From positions 17,918-81,917 of the forward strand of contig JACPXL010000070.1 of NCBI GenBank assembly GCA_016196555.1: a DNA stretch of 64,000 nucleotides, read 5' to 3'. Numbering within the stretch: the first letter of the stretch is position 1; each line of letters starts with the position of its first letter. Source of the stretch: Candidatus Omnitrophota bacterium. Its GTDB lineage: Bacteria; Omnitrophota; Omnitrophia; Omnitrophales; Aquincolibacteriaceae. Below are positions 54,173 to 62,226 of this stretch, piece after piece. A program made the translations under genes and the position numbers. Below the pieces are notes generated by a model. The model searched no databases, was not told the DNA's origin, and saw only the letters and a list, made by a program, of their open reading frames with translations.

Positions 54173-55288
54173 ATGCTGGATTATGACGTGATTGTCATGG
54201 GGGCCGGTATTTCGGGATATGGGGCCGCCTTGGCCTTGGCCAAGCGCGGCAAAAAAGTTCTTATCCTGGATAAAAAGGGAATTCAGGGTGAAGCCACCCC
54301 GCGTTCAGCCGGCATTCTTGATCCTGTTTTGGAGCTTTTTCCTAAAAGTCCCATTTTGCCTTTGACCTTTTTGTCTTTCCGGAAATATTCCGGATACATA
54401 CGCGATCTTGTGAAAAAAACGGGCCGCTCGATTGATTTCAAAAAGGCCGGCATGCTTTATATTGCCCGCAATAGTGAAGAAGAAAAAAATCTCAAGAAAA
54501 AATTAATTTGGCAGAAAAAAGCTGGCATGCGTGTGAAATGGCTGAGTGGAAACCAAGTCCTTAACTTTGCTCCTGCCGTGACGAGTTCGGTTCGTTCCGG
54601 GCTTTTTTATCCCATGGTGGGGAAGGTGAATCCTAAGAAGCTGCTTTTTGCTCTTCGCCGCTATGCTCATAAACTTGGTATAGAATATTTAAAAGTTGGT
54701 CCCGAGCCCAAATTGAGAGTGAAAAATGCTTCGGTTCAGGGAATTGCGATCGGCAAAAAAAGTTTTAATGCTCCCGTGGTGATCAATGCCACAGGAAGTT
54801 GGGCGGGGATAGTCCGGGATACAAAATTACGTCTTCCTATTTCTCCGGTTCGCGGTCAAATTTTAATTATGGAAGGCGAATTAAAAACAAACACCATTCT
54901 CCATTCCTTAGATGGGGCTTATATTGTTCCTTGGGGGAGGCGGCGGTATTTGATTGGATCCACGGTGGAATTTGCGGGTTATCACCCTTATGTGACCCGG
55001 CGAGGGCTTCAGGATATTCGAGCCAGGGCCGAAAGATTAGCGCCGGATGTCCGAAATATGAAAGTGATCGATCAATGGGCCGGCCTGAGGCCTTTTCCGG
55101 CGGACCGCCTGCCTGTGATTGGGCCGGCAAAAATTCGCGGACTTTATCATGCGGCGGGATATTTCCGCAGCGGTGTTTTGATCGGTTTTACGGCCGGAGA
55201 ACTTTTGGCAAAAGGAATTATTGCAGGGAAAATGCCGAGACTTTTACGGGCCTTTAGTCCGGAGAGATTTCAAAATGGAAAATCATAA
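54173..55288 (+). CDS. FAD-dependent oxidoreductase, DAO family (glycine/D-amino-acid oxidase-like)
   Basis: DVIVMGAGISGYGAALALAKRGKKVLILDK dinucleotide-binding fold. 371 aa. C-terminal GLRP and HAAGYFRSGV. Confidence 0.8.
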   Translation: MLDYDVIVMGAGISGYGAALALAKRGKKVLILDKKGIQGEATPRSAGILDPVLELFPKSPILPLTFLSFRKYSGYIRDLVKKTGRSIDFKKAGMLYIARNSEEEKNLKKKLIWQKKAGMRVKWLSGNQVLNFAPAVTSSVRSGLFYPMVGKVNPKKLLFALRRYAHKLGIEYLKVGPEPKLRVKNASVQGIAIGKKSFNAPVVINATGSWAGIVRDTKLRLPISPVRGQILIMEGELKTNTILHSLDGAYIVPWGRRRYLIGSTVEFAGYHPYVTRRGLQDIRARAERLAPDVRNMKVIDQWAGLRPFPADRLPVIGPAKIRGLYHAAGYFRSGVLIGFTAGELLAKGIIAGKMPRLLRAFSPERFQNGKS

Positions 55289-56153
55289 GCAAGAACAAAC
55301 TTCAAATGCGCTGAAATTATCAATAGCGACCGGGTTGACTTTGGCCCTTATCAAATTCACGACAGGTCTTCTTACTCATTCCATGGCCATCATGGCTTCG
55401 GCGCTTGATTCTGCGATGGACGTAGGGGTTTCTACTGTGAATTGGATTGCCGCCCGCGAAGCAGCCAAACCCCCGGACGAAGAACATGCTTACGGCCACG
55501 GGAAAATCGAAAGTCTCGCCGCACTTTTTCAAAGCCTTTTTATTGCCGTAACAGGAATTTATATTATGGTGGAGTCCTTCAAACGATTGTTCTTTGGAAG
55601 TTTTGTGAAGGACGCCCCGGTCGGAATTGGTGTCATGATCGTTTGTATTTTGATTACCTTTTTCTTGGTGTGGCGTTTGCGCGCGGTTCAGAAACATAAT
55701 CATTCGATGATTCTTGCCACCGAAGAACTTCATTTTACAACCGACGTTTTAAGTAACGGAGGCGTCATCGCAGCTCTTGCTTTGACCAAATGGACCGGGT
55801 TTGTTTGGTGGGATCTTTTGATTTCGATTTTGGTTGTGAGCTATGTTTTCCGCTCTTCTTATTATATTTTGCGCCGCGCGGTGGACGAACTTTTGGACCG
55901 CAGCCTGTCACCTGTTTCAAAAGAAGAAATAGAAAAGTTGATTCTTGGACACGATCCTTCTATTGTGGGCCTTCATAATTTCCGCAGCCGGCAGGCGGGG
56001 CAGCAGGTTTTTATCGATTTTCATATGGAGATACGCGGGGAGGAAAATTTTAAAAAAGCCCATTTAATGGTGGAGTCCGTGATTCAAAAAATCCGGGACA
56101 AACATCCCGGCGCGGATGTGACAGTCCACTTTGATCCGGAAGGAGAAATGTAA
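55275..56153 (+). CDS. Cation diffusion facilitator (CDF) family metal efflux transporter
   Basis: Six TM helices with the ALDSAMD and HAYGHGKIE motifs, plus a C-terminal cytoplasmic domain. ATG 55275 overlaps the oxidase 3' end by 14 nt. Confidence 0.85.
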   Translation: MENHKQEQTSNALKLSIATGLTLALIKFTTGLLTHSMAIMASALDSAMDVGVSTVNWIAAREAAKPPDEEHAYGHGKIESLAALFQSLFIAVTGIYIMVESFKRLFFGSFVKDAPVGIGVMIVCILITFFLVWRLRAVQKHNHSMILATEELHFTTDVLSNGGVIAALALTKWTGFVWWDLLISILVVSYVFRSSYYILRRAVDELLDRSLSPVSKEEIEKLILGHDPSIVGLHNFRSRQAGQQVFIDFHMEIRGEENFKKAHLMVESVIQKIRDKHPGADVTVHFDPEGEM

Positions 56154-56156
56154 TCA

Positions 56157-56831
56157 ATGCGTGTGCTCATTGTTGAAGACGAGAAAAAAATGGCGGGATT
56201 CATTGCCCGCGGCCTTAAAGAAGAAGGGTATGTCGTAGACACGGCTTATGACGGCGAAACCGGCTGGGAGTATGCGTCGACCAATGATTACGATGCGATT
56301 ATTTTGGATTGGATGCTTCCAAAGATGAACGGATTGGAAGTTTGCACTAAACTTCGCAAAGAGGGACTTCGTACTCCGATTATGATCTTAACGGCCCGGG
56401 ACGAGGTCGAGGATAAAATCAAAGGACTCAATCAAGGAGCGGATGACTATCTCACCAAACCGTTTTCCTTTGACGAACTTTTAGCGCGTCTGAGGGCGCT
56501 TTTGCGCAGGCCGCAGGAGCTTGCTAAAGAAAAAATCCTTATTTCGGGGAATTTGAAAATGGATCTTCTGGCCCGCCGGGTGACGGTGGGACAGGAAGAG
56601 ATTCCCTTATCGCAGAAGGAATTTTCCCTTCTGGAATATTTAATGCGCCATAAAGGAGAAGTGGTCAACCGCATTCAAATCGCCGAACATGTTTGGGACC
56701 TTCATTTTGATCCCATGACCAATACCATTGATGTTTATATCAATTTTCTCCGTAAGAAAATTGACGGCGCCCATTCCAAAAGCCGGATTGAAACGGTTCG
56801 AGGGCATGGATACCGCCTGCTTGAATCATGA
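56157..56831 (+). CDS. OmpR/PhoB-family response regulator (heavy-metal CusR/CzcR-like)
   Basis: VEDEKKM, acceptor Asp in IILDWMLPKMNG, LTKPF, and a winged helix ending VRGHGYRL. Confidence 0.9.
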   Translation: MRVLIVEDEKKMAGFIARGLKEEGYVVDTAYDGETGWEYASTNDYDAIILDWMLPKMNGLEVCTKLRKEGLRTPIMILTARDEVEDKIKGLNQGADDYLTKPFSFDELLARLRALLRRPQELAKEKILISGNLKMDLLARRVTVGQEEIPLSQKEFSLLEYLMRHKGEVVNRIQIAEHVWDLHFDPMTNTIDVYINFLRKKIDGAHSKSRIETVRGHGYRLLES

Positions 56832-58306
56832 TTCACTTTAAATCCGTCAAATTCCGTCTGACCCTGTGGTATGCCTTCATTCTGGCTGTCTTTCTTTCTG
56901 TTTTTGCTTTTCTAATGCATTCCGAATTGGCCCGCGCCCTTTATCGGGACATGGATAAAAATCTCCGCCTCGAATCCCAAAATTTAGAAGAAGCCATTTT
57001 AAGGCCGTTGGGTGACAAATTAAAAAAGCTGCAAAACGAAACCAATGATTTGTTCCTGCAGCGCCGGCCCAACTTGATTTCGCATGCCATACCTAAACTT
57101 CGCCGGGAGATCGAACATTGGGAAAAAACCGCCCGCTATTTGACGCGCAGTACTTTTATGATTCGCATTGTCGGGCTGGACCATGAAGTCCTTATTTCCA
57201 ATCTGAAAGGCTGGCAGCGCGAAATTATTTTTCCCGATTTTGAACGTGACAACCTATTTATGGAAACCGGGACTTCGTTTCAAACAATTCATTTTCACGG
57301 CAAACCCATACGGCTTTATTACCGGCTTGTGATGTATGAAAACAGGCCCATTTTTATTATTCAATGCGGTAATTCCCTGCAGGAAGTTAAGAGCGCCTTG
57401 CAGCGTCTTAGTTTAATCATTTTGATTCTTATTCCGATTGCTGTTGCCGCCTCTTGTGTTGCCGGCTGGTTTTTGGCGAAACGGTCTTTTCGTTCCTTGG
57501 ATTTGATGATTCGCGAGGCCCGGCAAATCACCGCCGCTTATTTGAAAGGGCGATTACCTCGTACGCTTACCGGAGACGAATTGGACCGTCTTGCGGCCAC
57601 TTTAAATGAAATGATGGACCGGCTTGAATCTTCCACTCGTGCGGTCCAGGAATTTAGTTCCGATGTTTCTCACGAGCTCAAAACTCCGCTTGCGATTATT
57701 CGGGGCGAAATCGACCTGGCTCTCCGGAAAACAAGAACTCCCGAAGAATTTACTCAGACTCTCACCGTGATCGGTGAAGAGGTCAACGAGCTCATTCGCT
57801 TAGTGGATGATTTGATGCTTTTAGTCCGCAGTGATGCCAGGCAGCTGCGTTTTGAAAAAACCAAGATTTCTATCGCGCCGCTCGTAGAACAAGTAGTAGA
57901 AAGATTTCAAGAACGTGCTTCGCGGAAAAAAATAAAACTTTCCTTTACGAATTCAAAGGACATGTGGATGCTTGGAGATTCGGTTTATTTCAAGCGGCTC
58001 TTCAGCAATTTAATCGATAATGCCATTAAATTTACGCCTGAAGGCGGTAAGGTCGATGTGTCGGTAAAAAGCGCCAAAGATCAGGCATTGATTGAAATCT
58101 CAGACACCGGAATTGGTATTGAGCCGGAAGTGCAGCAAAAGGTTTTTTCACGGTTTTACCGGGCCGACCAAGCCCGTTCCCATGAAGGGGCCGGATTGGG
58201 GCTCAATATCGCAAAGGCCATATGCGAAGAGCATGGGGGGACACTCTCCATCGCAAGTTTTCCCGATCGCGGGACTCAAGTTACCGTTCTATTCCCTTTA
58301 GTCTAA
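56828..58306 (+). CDS. Sensor histidine kinase (two TM, periplasmic domain, HAMP, HisKA, HATPase; CusS/CzcS-like)
   Basis: H-box SHELKTPL, N-box DNAIKF, G1 DTGIGI, G2 GAGLGL. ATGA overlap with the regulator. Confidence 0.9.
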   Translation: MIHFKSVKFRLTLWYAFILAVFLSVFAFLMHSELARALYRDMDKNLRLESQNLEEAILRPLGDKLKKLQNETNDLFLQRRPNLISHAIPKLRREIEHWEKTARYLTRSTFMIRIVGLDHEVLISNLKGWQREIIFPDFERDNLFMETGTSFQTIHFHGKPIRLYYRLVMYENRPIFIIQCGNSLQEVKSALQRLSLIILILIPIAVAASCVAGWFLAKRSFRSLDLMIREARQITAAYLKGRLPRTLTGDELDRLAATLNEMMDRLESSTRAVQEFSSDVSHELKTPLAIIRGEIDLALRKTRTPEEFTQTLTVIGEEVNELIRLVDDLMLLVRSDARQLRFEKTKISIAPLVEQVVERFQERASRKKIKLSFTNSKDMWMLGDSVYFKRLFSNLIDNAIKFTPEGGKVDVSVKSAKDQALIEISDTGIGIEPEVQQKVFSRFYRADQARSHEGAGLGLNIAKAICEEHGGTLSIASFPDRGTQVTVLFPLV

Positions 58307-58364
58307 ATATCGCTTATTTCCTGCCTGTTTTATAAGTCTAGACAATTCAATAACTTCCATAAAT

Positions 58365-58398
58365 TGCCTGATAAATCAGGCATCCGCGGCTGTCGCGG
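58365..58398 (+). terminator. Two adjacent perfect hairpins downstream of the kinase gene (possible terminator, no U-tract)
   Basis: tgcctga-taaa-tcaggca (58365-58382) and ccgcg-gctgt-cgcgg (58384-58398), about 60 nt after the stop at 58306. Confidence 0.3.
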
Positions 58399-58507
58399 CA
58401 AACTTTCCTTAAAAAATTTTAATCCTTTTTTAATCTTATTTTAATTGTCGATTTGCTAGTCTCTTAGCAGTCACAAAGAAATAAATGGCGTAGAAAGGGT
58501 TAAAACT

Positions 58508-58864
58508 ATGGAAATCAGCCACCAAGTTGTAAAACCGGTTCTGCAGCGCCTCCTTCAAGATTATAATCAACTTCATCGCGATATTCGCAATCACGTATCG
58601 ACTTCTCCTGATTTTCTGGAATTTAAAATTCAAGTCGAAGACAAACTGAATCAATTGAAAGTCATGAATATGCTGGGCGGCTTTTCCTGCCTCCATGCAG
58701 GGGCCCTGACTCTTGAAGAACAAAATAGATTACGTGAAAACCTCCGGAATTTAAAACTCGGAATTCGTTTTTTGACACGCCGGTGGAAACGGCATTTGGT
58801 CAGTGAAAATCGGATCCGCAAACAACGGGAGAAAAGAATTTATGTTTCAACAGTTGCTGCTTGA
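58508..58864 (+). CDS. Hypothetical coiled-coil-like protein (118 aa)
   Basis: ORF on the same strand as the downstream EIIA-like gene, overlapping it by 23 nt. Only a weak SD. A 95-aa ORF on the opposite strand competes for the same DNA. Confidence 0.4.
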   Translation: MEISHQVVKPVLQRLLQDYNQLHRDIRNHVSTSPDFLEFKIQVEDKLNQLKVMNMLGGFSCLHAGALTLEEQNRLRENLRNLKLGIRFLTRRWKRHLVSENRIRKQREKRIYVSTVAA

Positions 58865-59357
58865 AGAATCCATCGGCATTGACGTTAAAGCCAAGAATTA
58901 TGAAGAGGCTTTGCGGGAAAGTATTAACTTACTTCCCAAATGGGGTTTGAAAGAGCCGTTTAGAGAAAGACTTTTTGCGCGTTTAGTTGAACGTGAACGA
59001 TTTGGCACAACAGCGATCGGCGACGGGGTGGCCCTTCCGCATTGTGTTTTTTCAGACGTCGAATTTCCTCTGGCTTCTCTTGCCATAAGCCGTGAAGGAA
59101 TTGCTTATCCTGCGCTGGATGGAGAACTCGTTCATATTATTTTTCTTTTGGTTTTACCGGAATGTGAGGAAGCGGAACAGAATAAGCAAAGAATTCTTCA
59201 CATGGCAGAATTGTTTTTCCGGGACAGATTTTTGCGGGAAAGAATTAAAATTTCCGAACGGCCGGAAGAGGTTTACGAACTTCTTCTTCGGGAAGGCAGT
59301 CCGATGTATGAAATGGTAAATCGGAGCATGCCCTTGCGGTTTAGATACGGGACTTAA
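58842..59357 (+). CDS. PTS EIIA type-2 (PtsN-like) domain protein
   Basis: SD GGGAGAAAAG precedes ATG 58842. Motifs FGTTAIGDGVALPHC (phospho-His context) and VHIIFLLVLP. Confidence 0.75.
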   Translation: MFQQLLLEESIGIDVKAKNYEEALRESINLLPKWGLKEPFRERLFARLVERERFGTTAIGDGVALPHCVFSDVEFPLASLAISREGIAYPALDGELVHIIFLLVLPECEEAEQNKQRILHMAELFFRDRFLRERIKISERPEEVYELLLREGSPMYEMVNRSMPLRFRYGT

Positions 59358-59453
59358 TTTAGTTACGGCTTTATCGGGGTTGTAAACCTAGGGCCCTGGA
59401 TTTATTCGTTTGTGAGGGGGGTCTCCCAAGCGGATGATTCGGGGCCTTTTTTT

Positions 59454-59477
59454 GTCTAATTGTTCGTCTAATTGTTC
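59454..59477 (+). promoter_or_regulatory. Perfect tandem 12-bp direct repeat (GTCTAATTGTTC x2) abutting a -35 box
   Basis: gtctaattgttc at 59454-59465 and again at 59466-59477, ending 3 nt upstream of TTGACA. Confidence 0.6.
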
Positions 59478-59480
59478 CTT

Positions 59481-59512
59481 TTGACATTCCCCGCGATATT
59501 GTTCAATATACT
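59481..59512 (+). promoter_or_regulatory. Putative sigma-70 promoter of the chlorite-dismutase-family gene
   Basis: TTGACA (59481-59486), a 17-nt spacer, CAATAT (59504-59509), overlapping TATACT (59507-59512). ATG 59519 follows with no SD. Confidence 0.45.
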
Positions 59513-59518
59513 GCCTCT

Positions 59519-60265
59519 ATGAATCCTTCCACTTATAGTCACGAGACCACTGAAGAGCGGGTTGATATTCGGGAAAAAGGCGCGCCGGTTGAAGGCGTTC
59601 CTCAAGTGAGCGACAAAAGACTTTATTGTCAGCTTCAGGTTTTTACGGGATGCCGCGATCCTAAGCTCGTTCAGGAACTTTTCCAGCGCAGCGGGCTCGA
59701 AGGCGTTATTTATTTAAACATGAATGATCCTTACGGAATCGGCATTCTCGTTTTAACCGAAAACCCAGCTGATTTTGTGGAAAAAACCAGAAATCTTTAT
59801 ACATCAAAACCATTGATTGATTTTACCCATCAACCTGAAATGACCATGATTGGCCGCAGTTATTCCACAGGCCACGAACCCGATTTGGAAGATTGGCTTT
59901 TACGGCAGCCGCGCCGGCGTGCATTAAATCCAGAATGGCCTTGGGCAATTTGGTATCCGCTTCGCCGCCGGGGAGAGTTTGAGCTTTTAGCAAAAGCAGA
60001 TCAGGGCAAAATCATTATGGAACACGCCATCATCGGTAAATCCTACGGCCGTTCCGGATATGTCCAAGACATCCGTCTTGCCTGTCAGGGATTGGATAAA
60101 AATGATAATGACTTTCTTCTGGGCCTCGTTTCCAGGGAACTCTTTCCTTTGTCCCGGATTGTTCAGGAAATGAGAAAGACTCAGCAAACCGCCAAATACC
60201 TGGAATCCCTCGGCCCCTTCTTTGTCGGCAAGGTTTTTTGGCAAAGTCCGGCCCCTTCCAAATAG
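59519..60265 (+). CDS. Chlorite dismutase / HemQ-like (Cld) family protein
   Basis: 248 aa. The pattern WAIWYPLRRRGEFELL...IMEHAIIGKSY...GLDKNDNDFLLGLV...MRKTQQTAKY is consistent with the Cld-family fold as I recall it. Confidence 0.6.
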   Translation: MNPSTYSHETTEERVDIREKGAPVEGVPQVSDKRLYCQLQVFTGCRDPKLVQELFQRSGLEGVIYLNMNDPYGIGILVLTENPADFVEKTRNLYTSKPLIDFTHQPEMTMIGRSYSTGHEPDLEDWLLRQPRRRALNPEWPWAIWYPLRRRGEFELLAKADQGKIIMEHAIIGKSYGRSGYVQDIRLACQGLDKNDNDFLLGLVSRELFPLSRIVQEMRKTQQTAKYLESLGPFFVGKVFWQSPAPSK

Positions 60266-60285
60266 CTATCTATCCCCAAAAAAGG

Positions 60286-60314
60286 GTTAAACCTTTTTAG
60301 TCCTTCTGCGTCTA
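60286..60314 (+). promoter_or_regulatory. ECF-type promoter candidate upstream of the charged-protein/ECF sigma cluster
   Basis: GTTAAAC (60286-60292), a 16-nt spacer, then CGTCTA (60309-60314). This fits the general AAC-N16/17-CGT pattern of ECF sigma promoters. Confidence 0.35.
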
Positions 60315-60375
60315 ACTCTTCGGAGACCCAAAAAGAAGAAAAAACAAAGGGTAGCCGATAAAGGAGGATATACCA

Positions 60376-61125
60376 ATGAGATACCCAATAAAAAAGTCAA
60401 TTGTAGTGGTTCTAAGCATGGCCCTGGGGCTGTCCCTAGGGTATTTGCCCGCTTATGCCGAGGAGAGCGCTAGTCCTTCAGGCGAAAATCCGGCAGCAAC
60501 TCATTTTCAGGACCGAGTTGCCAAATGGAAAGAATTGAAGGAAAAAAACCCCGAGGAATTTCAGCGGCTCGTTAATGAGCGTAAACAGCATATCAAAGAA
60601 AAACTCGGGGAATTAAAGGAAAAAGATCCTCAAAAATATGAGGAAGTCAAAGAACGCATTAAGAACCGCAGGCAGAACAAACTTCAAAAATTGCGTCAGG
60701 AAAATCCCGAACAGTTTAAGGAAATCATGCAGCAAAAATGGGACCGTCTGGCGGAATTGAAAAAACAGAATCCTGAGAAATATGAGCAATTTGTTGCCGA
60801 GCACCCCCGTATCCGTGAGCATGTTGCGGAACAGGGAATCCCTGATCGCCGTCAGGGAGGTAAATTGGACCGAATGGAAGACCGCAGGGATCGGCGTGAA
60901 GACCGCCGCGACCGGCGCGAAGATATTCGGGACAAAAGAGAAGACGTATGGGATGCGCGTCATGACGGAGGATGGCGTGACCGGGCTGAAGATGTCCGGG
61001 ATCGTCAGGAAGATGTTCGTGACCGTCGAGAAGATGTGAGGGATCATCGCGAGGACGTAAAAGATCGGCAGAATTATGGAAGGGGTCCGGCGAGAGGTCA
61101 CCGTGGCAATAACCGCTCAAGATAA
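60376..61125 (+). CDS. Secreted, extremely charged repeat protein (four NPE.F/Y-type ~22-26-aa repeats plus nine E-D-x-R-D-x-R heptads)
   Basis: SD AAGGAGG. Signal peptide ending LPAYA-EE. The repeats are read directly from the translation. About half of the mature residues are D/E/K/R. Confidence 0.75.
   Translation: MRYPIKKSIVVVLSMALGLSLGYLPAYAEESASPSGENPAATHFQDRVAKWKELKEKNPEEFQRLVNERKQHIKEKLGELKEKDPQKYEEVKERIKNRRQNKLQKLRQENPEQFKEIMQQKWDRLAELKKQNPEKYEQFVAEHPRIREHVAEQGIPDRRQGGKLDRMEDRRDRREDRRDRREDIRDKREDVWDARHDGGWRDRAEDVRDRQEDVRDRREDVRDHREDVKDRQNYGRGPARGHRGNNRSR
60877..61071 (+). repeat. Coding tandem repeat with 21-nt period (heptad EDxRDRx), nine units with one 9-aa interruption
   Basis: EDRRDRR EDRRDRR EDIRDKR EDVWDAR HDGGWRDRA EDVRDRQ EDVRDRR EDVRDHR EDVKDRQ. 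Confidence 0.85.
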
Positions 61126-61690
61126 TATTCAAGATCATGTTCTGATCCGGAAAGCGCGGGAGGGGGATGTATCATCCTTCTCCGCGCTTGTCCGCCTTTA
61201 TGAAAGAAGGGCGGTTCATATTGCCTATTCTTTTTTGGGGAATAGGGAAGATGCGCGCGATGCTGCGCAGGAAGCTTTTGTAAAAATCTATGAAAATCTT
61301 TCCCGCTTCCGGGGTGATAGCCAGTTTTCCACTTGGTTTTATCGGATTTTAGTCAATACCTGCAAAGATTTTTTGAAAAAGAAAAGAATAAAATTTGTAA
61401 ATCCGGAAGAAGAAGACAATGTCCCGGAAAAAGAAACGGACCAGCCGGACGCCCTTGAGGCACTTTTAAATAAAGAACTGGGAAGCTCGATTCGCCAGGC
61501 GCTGGATAAATTACCTTTTCAGCAGCGGAGTGCATTTACCCTCCGCTATCTGGAAGGATTGAGCCTGCAAGAAATAGCTTATGCGATGGATTTAACCGAA
61601 GGAGCCGTCAAAGCCCATTTGTGGCAGGCTCAAGAAAAAATGAAAAAAAATTTAACGGAATGGTTTCCGAATCCAAGGAGGATATCATGA
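61076..61690 (+). CDS. ECF-subfamily sigma-70 factor
   Basis: Region 2 (FSALVRLYERRAVHIAYSFLGNREDARDAAQEAFVKIY, STWFYRILVN) and region 4 (LPFQQRSAFTLRYLEGLSLQEIAYAMDLTEGAVKAHL). The start may be GTG 61103 (GAGAGG lies 5 nt upstream) rather than ATG 61076. Confidence 0.88.
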   Translation: MEGVRREVTVAITAQDNIQDHVLIRKAREGDVSSFSALVRLYERRAVHIAYSFLGNREDARDAAQEAFVKIYENLSRFRGDSQFSTWFYRILVNTCKDFLKKKRIKFVNPEEEDNVPEKETDQPDALEALLNKELGSSIRQALDKLPFQQRSAFTLRYLEGLSLQEIAYAMDLTEGAVKAHLWQAQEKMKKNLTEWFPNPRRIS

Positions 61691-62136
61691 ATCCAGAATC
61701 CTTTGAAAGGCAGGATCGCGAATTCATGGAAAAGATGAAAAAATTGCGGGAACAGCCTTTGCCCGAATATCTTCTCAAAGATTTCAGCGATTCTGTCCAA
61801 AATAAAATTTTTGAAAGACAAAAGCAAAAAATGATCATTTCAATTTTGGGAGTGAGCTTTGCTGTTTTGGCAATTGCGGCGGCAGGTCTTATTTTTTGGT
61901 ATTCCCACCGGATTGTGCCGAATGTTCCCGAGCCTGAGCTTGCGGCAAAAGAAACTGTGATTACGCGTGAAAGCGATGTCTCAGAGGATCTTGCCGTCCT
62001 GGAAGCATTGGGGGCTTGGGGTGAGGAGGATGAGGTCGCGCTTGGGAATGCGCTGGAAAATGCGCTGGGGGAATTGGAAAATTCTTTAAATCCTGGCGAA
62101 GTTCAATCAAACGCCATGCAAGTTTCCATGAAGTGA
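61687..62136 (+). CDS. Single-pass membrane protein, candidate anti-sigma factor
   Basis: ATGA overlap with the sigma stop and SD AAGGAGG. A ~48-aa cytoplasmic N-terminus, TM helix IISILGVSFAVLAIAAAGLIFWY, and an acidic periplasmic tail. No HxxxCxxC zinc motif. Confidence 0.6.
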   Translation: MNPESFERQDREFMEKMKKLREQPLPEYLLKDFSDSVQNKIFERQKQKMIISILGVSFAVLAIAAAGLIFWYSHRIVPNVPEPELAAKETVITRESDVSEDLAVLEALGAWGEEDEVALGNALENALGELENSLNPGEVQSNAMQVSMK

Positions 62137-62226
62137 TCGAAAAAGGCCGGTTTGCCGAAACAAAGGCGATATTGTATGCTTTATTTGTCTGAAGCATTGA
62201 GACATAGCCAACTAGGAGGATTCGTC

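Noticed and set aside
54799-55257. 152-aa alternate-frame + strand ORF inside the DAO-family oxidase gene
   Set aside because: It lies entirely within a gene that has a clear FAD-binding fold. Its translation is Gly/Arg/Ser-rich with no motifs.
58436-58723. 95-aa minus-strand ORF in the kinase/PtsN spacer
   Set aside because: It starts inside the competing + strand ORF, has no SD that I could find, and would be an isolated minus-strand gene. It is not excluded, but it is less parsimonious than the + strand ORF.
59392-59453. Rho-independent terminator after the PtsN-like gene (GGCCC ... GGGCC followed by T7)
   Set aside because: The only complementary arms are 5 bp and are separated by a 45-nt poorly paired loop. 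The T-run is real, but I could not draw a convincing stem, so I did not list it as a feature.
60613-61138. Two long minus-strand ORFs (162 and 137 aa) and a + strand alternate-frame ORF (60782-61039) inside the charged-repeat gene
   Set aside because: The GA/CG-rich 21-nt periodic repeat lacks stop codons in several frames. These ORFs have no SD or signal features, whereas the + strand frame has an SD, a signal peptide and a coherent repeat structure.
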